Assembly (NCBI GenBank): GCA_007117035.1
Contig: SKHG01000036.1
Span: 7,595 to 71,594, forward strand
Length of the DNA: 64,000 nt
Source: Candidatus Campbellbacteria bacterium
Lineage (GTDB): Bacteria; Patescibacteriota; Minisyncoccia; Phycocordibacterales; CSBR16-193
Reading direction: 5' to 3'
The position numbers and the translations under genes are program-made. Of this stretch, positions 57,601 through 64,000 are shown piece by piece; the first letter of the stretch is position 1; each line of letters begins with the position of its first letter. The notes beneath the pieces are model-generated. The model did not search any database. It was not told the origin of the DNA and saw only the letters and a program-made list of their open reading frames with translations.

Positions 57601-60012
57601 ATGAAAAAGAATAAATCTTTAGTTTTGTGGTTTGGTGATGTTGGTAATGATGAGGTTGAACTCGTTGGAGGTAAAAATGCATCTTTAGGTGAGATGTACC
57701 AGGTTTTATCAAAGACAGGAGTTAGGGTACCAAACGGTTTTATAGTCACAGCCTATGCGTATAGGGATTTTATTGAAAAAGCTGGACTATCAGAAAAAAT
57801 TAAAACATTACTTGAGTCAATGAATATTGACGATATTAAAAGTCTTAGCAAAACAGGTGCAAAGATTAGGGAGATGATAAGAAATGCAGAATTTCCAGCA
57901 GAACTGAATAGTGAAATTATAGAAGCTTACAAAAAAATATCAAAAGAGATCGGAGAAAAAAATGGAAGTGTGGCTGTGCGGTCTTCAGCAACTGCAGAAG
58001 ATTTACCTGGAGCCAGTTTTGCTGGTGAACACGAAACATATCTAAATGTATCAGGAGATAAATATGTTTTGAGAGCTATTAAAATGGCAATGGCATCATT
58101 GTTTAATGATAGAGCTATATCATACAGAGTTCATAAAGGTTTTGGACATCTAGATGTTGCGCTATCGGTTGGTGTTCAGATAATGGTTCGTTCAGACAAG
58201 GGATCATCAGGGGTTATGTTTACAGTAGACACCGAGAGTGGTTTTGAGAATGTTTTGCAAATCAGTGCAGCGTGGGGTTTGGGTGAGATGGTTGTGCAAG
58301 GAAAGGTAAACCCAGATGAGTATTTAGTTTTTAAAGCTAAGTTGGGTGATAAGTTTTCACCAGTCATTAAAAAAACATTGGGAGCCAAGCGAAGAAAAAT
58401 GATCTACAGTAAAACAGCTGCTAGGCCTGTTAAAGAGGTTCCAAACACACTAGCTGATAGAAATTTATACGTATTGAGTGATCAAGAAATATTACAGTTA
58501 GCAAAGTGGGGAGTGATTATAGAAAATCACTACAGTAAAAGATATAAGAAATATACTCCAATGGATATTGAGTGGGCTAAGGATGGAAAAACCGGCGATA
58601 TTTATATTGTTCAAGCTCGACCTGAAACAGTCCAGTCCGAGGAGAATAGGCTAAGTATAAAAGAGTACTCACTAAAGACCTCCGAAAAACCATTGGTAGA
58701 GGGTATTGCTGTTGGTACCAAAATTGCATCTGGTAGAGCAAAAGTCATTGCTTCAGTTAAAGGGATTCAGAATTTTAAAGAAGGTGAAGTGTTAGTAACG
58801 AAGATTACTGATCCAGACTGGGAGCCTATAATGAAAAAAGCTTCTGCAATTATAACTGAAAGAGGAGGAAGAACATCTCACGCTGCGATAGTTTCAAGGG
58901 AACTTGGTATACCAGCTGTTATTGGTGCAAGTGGGGCGATGAATAGGATAAAAGATGGTCTTGTTGTTACAACTGACACCTCAAGTGGAACAGTTGGGTA
59001 TGTCTATCCTGGTAAATTGGATTGGAAAGAGACTGTTCATGAACTGTCCTCTATTCCTAAAACAAAAACAAAAGTATCTATGAACGTTGGAAGTCCTGAG
59101 GGTTCTTTTATTCATGCAAGAATCCCAAATGATGGAGTAGGTTTGGCTCGTGAGGAATTTATCATAGCATCTCAGATAAAAATACACCCTAACGCACTTA
59201 TTGATTATAAAAAACTACCAACTCAATTAAAGAAAAAAATTGATAAACTAACTCTTGGTCATTCCGATAAGAAAAAATACTTTGTCGACAAATTAGCCGA
59301 GGGAGTTGGTCAGATTGCAGCTGCTTTTTGGCCTAAACAGGTCATTGTGAGATTCTCTGATTTTAAGACTAATGAATACGCAACTTTGGTAGGAGGAAGT
59401 CTTTATGAACCAGAAGAGGAGAATCCAATGATTGGTTGGCGAGGAGCATCTAGATATGCACACCCAGATTTTGCTGAAGCGTTCAAACTTGAGTGTCAGG
59501 CTATGTTAAAGATTAGAAATGAATTTGGTCTTGATAACCTGGCAGTAATGGTTCCTTTCTGTCGAACTCCAGAAGAAGGGAAAGGGGTTCTAGATATAAT
59601 GAAGGAGGCTGGTTTGGGTCGAGGGAAAAATGGGTTGAAGGTTTACGTGATGTGTGAACTACCAACTAATGTTATCCGTGCAGATGATTTCTTAGATATC
59701 TTCGATGGATTTTCTATAGGCTCAAATGACCTAGCTCAACTTACCTTGGGTCTTGATAGAGACTCTGCAATTGTGGCAGGAATATCAAATGAGAATGATC
59801 CAGCGGTTAGAGATTCTGTATCTAGGGCTATTAAAGCATGTAAACGTAGAAAAAAATATATTGGTTTTTGTGGTCAGGCACCTTCTGATTACAGTGACTT
59901 TCTGAGATTCTTGATAAAAGAAAAAATTGATTCTGTTTCATTGATTCCAGATAGTGTTATACCGATGAAGTTTGAGATTAGTAAAGAGGAAAAACTTAAT
60001 GATTCAAAATAA
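57601..60012 (+). CDS. ppsA: Phosphoenolpyruvate synthase
   Basis: GGKNASLGE, AVRSSATAEDL, QARPET, GGRTSHAAI, FSIGSNDL. Confidence 0.96.
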   Translation: MKKNKSLVLWFGDVGNDEVELVGGKNASLGEMYQVLSKTGVRVPNGFIVTAYAYRDFIEKAGLSEKIKTLLESMNIDDIKSLSKTGAKIREMIRNAEFPAELNSEIIEAYKKISKEIGEKNGSVAVRSSATAEDLPGASFAGEHETYLNVSGDKYVLRAIKMAMASLFNDRAISYRVHKGFGHLDVALSVGVQIMVRSDKGSSGVMFTVDTESGFENVLQISAAWGLGEMVVQGKVNPDEYLVFKAKLGDKFSPVIKKTLGAKRRKMIYSKTAARPVKEVPNTLADRNLYVLSDQEILQLAKWGVIIENHYSKRYKKYTPMDIEWAKDGKTGDIYIVQARPETVQSEENRLSIKEYSLKTSEKPLVEGIAVGTKIASGRAKVIASVKGIQNFKEGEVLVTKITDPDWEPIMKKASAIITERGGRTSHAAIVSRELGIPAVIGASGAMNRIKDGLVVTTDTSSGTVGYVYPGKLDWKETVHELSSIPKTKTKVSMNVGSPEGSFIHARIPNDGVGLAREEFIIASQIKIHPNALIDYKKLPTQLKKKIDKLTLGHSDKKKYFVDKLAEGVGQIAAAFWPKQVIVRFSDFKTNEYATLVGGSLYEPEEENPMIGWRGASRYAHPDFAEAFKLECQAMLKIRNEFGLDNLAVMVPFCRTPEEGKGVLDIMKEAGLGRGKNGLKVYVMCELPTNVIRADDFLDIFDGFSIGSNDLAQLTLGLDRDSAIVAGISNENDPAVRDSVSRAIKACKRRKKYIGFCGQAPSDYSDFLRFLIKEKIDSVSLIPDSVIPMKFEISKEEKLNDSK

Positions 60013-60013
60013 T

Positions 60014-61012
60014 ATGAACATAGCTTATATCTACTCAGAAGAAAAATGGAGAGATCACATAAAGGAAACTTTTTCTGATCATAATCTTACTATAGGTACC
60101 TCACTTGAAGAGATTAAGGATCAGTTGAGTGAGGTTGAGATCCTTTCTGTTTTTGTTAGTCACCAAGTTACCAAGGAATATCTAGATTTGATGCCTAATC
60201 TAAAACTAATCGCTACACGTTCAACTGGATATGACCATATTGATGCAGTAACAGCGAAAGAAAAAGGAATACAGATTGCAACAGTTCCAAGTTATGGAGA
60301 GAACACAGTTGCTGAGTTTGCTTTTGCCCTACTTTTGACACTTTCGAGGAGAGTTTATGAATCATACAAACAGGTTTCAGAAACTGGTTCTTTCGAGAAA
60401 GATGGTTTGAGAGGTTTTGATCTTTTTGATAAAAAAATTGGAATTATCGGTACCGGGAAAATAGGTTTAAACGTTATTAAAATTGCTAAGGGTTTTGGTA
60501 TGGATGTTCAAGCTTACGATCTTTTTCCAAATGAAGAAGAAGCATCCAAGATTGGTTTTTCGTATGTGTCTTTTGAGGAACTCCTCTCTTCATCTGATAT
60601 CATATCCATTCATGCTCCATACAATGAAGATACTCATCATCTAATAAACAAATCTAACATTACCACTGTTAAACCAGGTGTTTATATTATAAACACTGCT
60701 AGAGGTGGTTTGGTTGAAACCACTGCTTTAGTAAATGGTCTTGATGCGGGTCTCGTTGCGGGTGCTGGTCTTGATGTTTTGGAGGAAGAAGGTTATCTCG
60801 GTGATGAACTACAGTTGCTAGAGGATGATCATCCAAACGCAAAAGAATTAAAGATAACATTATCTAATCATTATCTTATTGATCATCCTAGAGTTATTAT
60901 TACACCTCACAATGCATTCAACACCGAAGGTGCTATGAGAAGAATAATTGACACAACCGTAAACAACATTAAATCTTTTATCAATGGTCAACCACTAAAC
61001 ACTCTTAAATAA
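60014..61012 (+). CDS. D-2-hydroxyacid dehydrogenase (D-lactate DH-like)
   Basis: TRSTGYDHID, VAE, GTGKIG, INTARGG, LDVLEEE, TPHNAF; ATG at 60014. Confidence 0.9.
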   Translation: MNIAYIYSEEKWRDHIKETFSDHNLTIGTSLEEIKDQLSEVEILSVFVSHQVTKEYLDLMPNLKLIATRSTGYDHIDAVTAKEKGIQIATVPSYGENTVAEFAFALLLTLSRRVYESYKQVSETGSFEKDGLRGFDLFDKKIGIIGTGKIGLNVIKIAKGFGMDVQAYDLFPNEEEASKIGFSYVSFEELLSSSDIISIHAPYNEDTHHLINKSNITTVKPGVYIINTARGGLVETTALVNGLDAGLVAGAGLDVLEEEGYLGDELQLLEDDHPNAKELKITLSNHYLIDHPRVIITPHNAFNTEGAMRRIIDTTVNNIKSFINGQPLNTLK

Positions 61013-61013
61013 A

Positions 61014-62246
61014 ATGCCGAAAATTAAAGATATTAAAGCAAGAGAAATAATTGATTCTAGGGCAGTACCAACAGTCGAAGTAGATGTTTTTTTTGAGGAT
61101 GGCGCAATTGGTCGTGCTTCGTCCCCATCAGGTGCGTCAACAGGTAGTTTTGAGGCTCATGAGTTGCGTGATGGGGGTTCTGAATATTCAGGAAAAGGAG
61201 TAACGAAAGCAATTGATTTTTTGGAGGGTGTAATTAAAGAATCATTAGTTGGAAAGGAGTTCGAACAAAAGGATATAGATAATTTTTTATGTGAACTTGA
61301 TGGAACAGAAAATAAAAAAAATCTAGGAGCAAATTCAATCTTGGCAGTTTCTTTAGCTTTTGCTAAAGCTTGTTCAGTAAATCAAAGTGTTCCACTTTTT
61401 AGATATATTTCTAGTATCTCAAAAAGAGAACCTCAAATGCCACATGGGCTTTTCAACGTCATAAACGGAGGTGTTCATGCTGATAGTGGAATAGCCTTTC
61501 AGGAGTTTATGATAGCCCCTAGTCACCCTAGAGGCTGGAGAGAAGAAGTTAGAATGGCTGTTGAAATATATCAGACACTAAAGTCTGAACTCAGTGATCA
61601 AGGTTACTCTACATCTGTGGGTGATGAAGGTGGTTTTGCTCCAAAACTTAGTGGGAACAGAGAGGCTCTGACCTTCCTGGTTCGTTCAATTGAAAAAAGT
61701 GGTTATAAGCCGGGTCAGGATGTTAAGATAGCTCTTGATGTTGCAGGTAATGAATTAATAGATTCTGAAGGTCTATATCAAGTCGACGATCAGAAATATT
61801 CAACTGCTTTGCTGGTCGATTACTACAAAGATATAGTTAAAAATTTTCCTATTTTTTCCATAGAGGATCCTTTTTCAGAAGATGATGAAGAAGGTTTTAT
61901 TCAACTAACTTCAGAAATAGGTAGTGAGATTAATATTGTTGGTGATGATTTGTTCGTAACAAACAGATCAAGGCTAAAAGACGGAATTCAAAACAAATCA
62001 GCTAACTCTATTATTATTAAGCCAAATCAGGTTGGTACATTAACAGAGACATTAGAAACTTTAGACTTGGCTGTTGAAAACAATATAGTTCCAATAGTTT
62101 CGCATCGCTCAGGTGAGACAGAGGATGTCTTTATTTCGCACCTATCAGCAGGATTTGGTACGTCATTTATTAAATCTGGAGCACCAGCAAGAGGCGAGAG
62201 GACATCAAAGTACAATGAGCTTTTAAGAATTCAGGAATTACTTTAG
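61014..62246 (+). CDS. eno: Enolase
   Basis: PSGASTG, NGGVHA, VGDEGGFAP, VGDDLFVTN, SHRSGETED. Confidence 0.97.
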   Translation: MPKIKDIKAREIIDSRAVPTVEVDVFFEDGAIGRASSPSGASTGSFEAHELRDGGSEYSGKGVTKAIDFLEGVIKESLVGKEFEQKDIDNFLCELDGTENKKNLGANSILAVSLAFAKACSVNQSVPLFRYISSISKREPQMPHGLFNVINGGVHADSGIAFQEFMIAPSHPRGWREEVRMAVEIYQTLKSELSDQGYSTSVGDEGGFAPKLSGNREALTFLVRSIEKSGYKPGQDVKIALDVAGNELIDSEGLYQVDDQKYSTALLVDYYKDIVKNFPIFSIEDPFSEDDEEGFIQLTSEIGSEINIVGDDLFVTNRSRLKDGIQNKSANSIIIKPNQVGTLTETLETLDLAVENNIVPIVSHRSGETEDVFISHLSAGFGTSFIKSGAPARGERTSKYNELLRIQELL

Positions 62247-62315
62247 TAGTAATTCTTTCGCTCAAATTTTAGTTTTTGTTTCAGTCAGAGAAAATATTTG
62301 TTAGAATAAACAATA

Positions 62316-64000
62316 ATGAAATCAGGAGAGATAAGAAAGAGATATTTAGATTTTTTTGAAAAAAGAGGACATAAGGTTATTCCCTCGTCATCACTTGTTC
62401 CAGAGAATGATCCTACAACTCTCTTTACAGGAAGTGGTATGCAACCCATGGTGGGTTATCTTTTAGGTGAAAAGCATCCGTACGGAACACGTTTAACTAA
62501 CTCACAACGTTGTTTTCGTAGTGTTGATATTGAGGAGGTTGGAGACAATCGTCACACCACTATGTTTGAAATGCTAGGAAACTGGTCACTTGGTGATTAC
62601 TTCAAAGATGAACAACTTGATTGGATATTTACTTTTCTTACTGACGAACTTGGTATAGATCCAGAAAGACTTTACGTAACTGTTTTTTCTGGGGATAAAA
62701 AAAATAATCTGCCACGAGACACAAAATCAGTAGACATTTGGAAGACGTTGTTTCGTAAAAAGGGGATAGAGGCTACAGATGTTGAGATGGGTAGTGAAGA
62801 AAGCGCCTCAGTTTGTGGTATGCAAGAGGGTAGAATATTTTATTACGATTCAGAAAAAAATTGGTGGAGTAGAGCAGGTAAACCTGAAAAGATGCCAGCT
62901 GGTGAACCAGGGGGACCCGATTCAGAAATATTTTTTGAGTTTACTGATGTTGAGCACGATGAATCATTTGGTAAACACTGTCACCCTAACTGTGACTGTG
63001 GAAGATTTCTTGAGATAGGCAACTCAGTTTTTATGGAGTATCGAAAGAGAGAAGACAGCTCATTTGAAAAACTACCTCAACAAAATGTTGATTTTGGTGG
63101 TGGTTTAGAGAGGTTGGTGATGGTGAGTGAAAACACATCAGATATAATACTTACCAACCATGATTCAATTTTAGAATTTCTCGAAAAAAATTCGTCTTTT
63201 AGCTATGAAGATAATGATAAAAAAACGTCGTTTCGGATAATTGCTGATCATATGAAAGCAGCTGTATTCTTGATAGCTGATGGAGTTAAACCGTCCAACA
63301 CTGATCAGGGATATTTTGTTCGTCGTCTGATAAGAAGAAGTGTTAGGCATGCTGACACACTTGGTATAAAAGAATCTGTTCTTTCAAAGATATCTTCTCC
63401 TGTAGCCTTGATGTATAAGGATTCATATCCTGATATTGAAAACAAGATAGTTGATATTGAAAAAACTATTAAGACTGAAGAGGTACGATTTAGAGAAACT
63501 TTAAACAAGGGACTTAAGGAGTTTGAAAAAGGAAATGTTGATCCTTTTGTGCTTTTTACAACATATGGTTTTCCATTTGAATTAACAAAAGAATTAGCAG
63601 ATGAAAAGGGTATCGAAGTTAGTGAGGAAATGTTTAAAGAAAAACTAAAAGAGCATCAAGAAATGTCTCGTTCTGGTTCTGAAGTTAAGTTCAAAGGAGG
63701 TCTCGGAGACACAAGTGATATGTCTGTTAAGTATCACACTGCAACCCATCTTTTGAATGCAGCCCTAAAACAAATTTTAGGTACTGGAATCTATCAGAAA
63801 GGGAGTAATATTACATCTGAAAGAATGAGGTTTGATTTCTCCTACCCCAAAAAACTTACAGATGAACAAAAAAAAGAGGTTGAGCATTTAGTAAACGAAA
63901 AAATACTAGCTGATCTTTTGGTTTCAGTTGAAGAGATGGATTTGCAGGAAGCCTATAATGTTGGAGCAACTGGGGTTTTTGGAGAGAGTTACCCTGATAG
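62316..64000 (+). CDS. alaS: Alanine--tRNA ligase (3' end outside window; absent from the ORF track)
   Basis: MKSGEIRKRYLDFF...SLVPENDPTTLFTGSGMQP...FEMLGNWSLGDYFK; HTATHLL; frame stays open to the window end. Confidence 0.96.
   Translation, partial: MKSGEIRKRYLDFFEKRGHKVIPSSSLVPENDPTTLFTGSGMQPMVGYLLGEKHPYGTRLTNSQRCFRSVDIEEVGDNRHTTMFEMLGNWSLGDYFKDEQLDWIFTFLTDELGIDPERLYVTVFSGDKKNNLPRDTKSVDIWKTLFRKKGIEATDVEMGSEESASVCGMQEGRIFYYDSEKNWWSRAGKPEKMPAGEPGGPDSEIFFEFTDVEHDESFGKHCHPNCDCGRFLEIGNSVFMEYRKREDSSFEKLPQQNVDFGGGLERLVMVSENTSDIILTNHDSILEFLEKNSSFSYEDNDKKTSFRIIADHMKAAVFLIADGVKPSNTDQGYFVRRLIRRSVRHADTLGIKESVLSKISSPVALMYKDSYPDIENKIVDIEKTIKTEEVRFRETLNKGLKEFEKGNVDPFVLFTTYGFPFELTKELADEKGIEVSEEMFKEKLKEHQEMSRSGSEVKFKGGLGDTSDMSVKYHTATHLLNAALKQILGTGIYQKGSNITSERMRFDFSYPKKLTDEQKKEVEHLVNEKILADLLVSVEEMDLQEAYNVGATGVFGESYPD

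Noticed and set aside
416-63508. Many short antisense or out-of-frame ORFs in the track
   Set aside because: They lie inside well-supported genes and show no motifs; treated as shadow ORFs
1-64000. CRISPR array, IS/transposase, integrase or prophage genes
   Set aside because: No regularly spaced repeats and no recognisable mobile-element proteins seen
1-64000. Alternative genetic code (TGA read as Gly)
   Set aside because: Conserved genes are full length in code 11, and TGA ends genes such as mrdA, rsmH and the GNAT

Overview
Gene-dense, AT-rich bacterial chromosomal segment in standard code 11, with almost all genes on the + strand. Gene content and style point to a Patescibacteria/CPR (Parcubacteria-like) genome; this taxonomic call is inference. 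Housekeeping content: typA (5'-truncated), tyrS, frr-rseP-proS-mreBC(D)-mrdA, greA-lysS, mraZ-rsmH-ftsL-ftsI-murF, tRNA-Glu(CTC), pgi/pmi-ROK, ychF, leuS, mltG-mnmA, pcm-udg, gpmA, an ABC-F, and alaS (3'-truncated). No CRISPR array, IS or prophage was seen. Best candidates for undescribed biology: (1) two classical-looking leader-peptide transcription attenuators missed by the ORF track, both apparently translated from leaderless mRNA. One has an ilvL-like Val/Ile-rich leader (33819-33899) in front of a 79-aa orphan protein; the other (29338-29536) precedes a RimJ/RimL-type GNAT. (2) A lactate-permease / glycerate-2-kinase / PEP-synthase / D-2-hydroxyacid-dehydrogenase / enolase cluster that could be a compact glycerate-to-lactate energy module. 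(3) A LeuRS carrying an intact YdeN-like serine hydrolase and an intact Nudix domain in and around its editing region. (4) Two expression regimes: leaderless housekeeping genes versus stand-alone orphan genes with a promoter, a shared UTR motif, a strong SD and a terminator. All protein calls come from motif recognition by eye and all RNA pairings were worked out by hand; no searches or folding programs were run.
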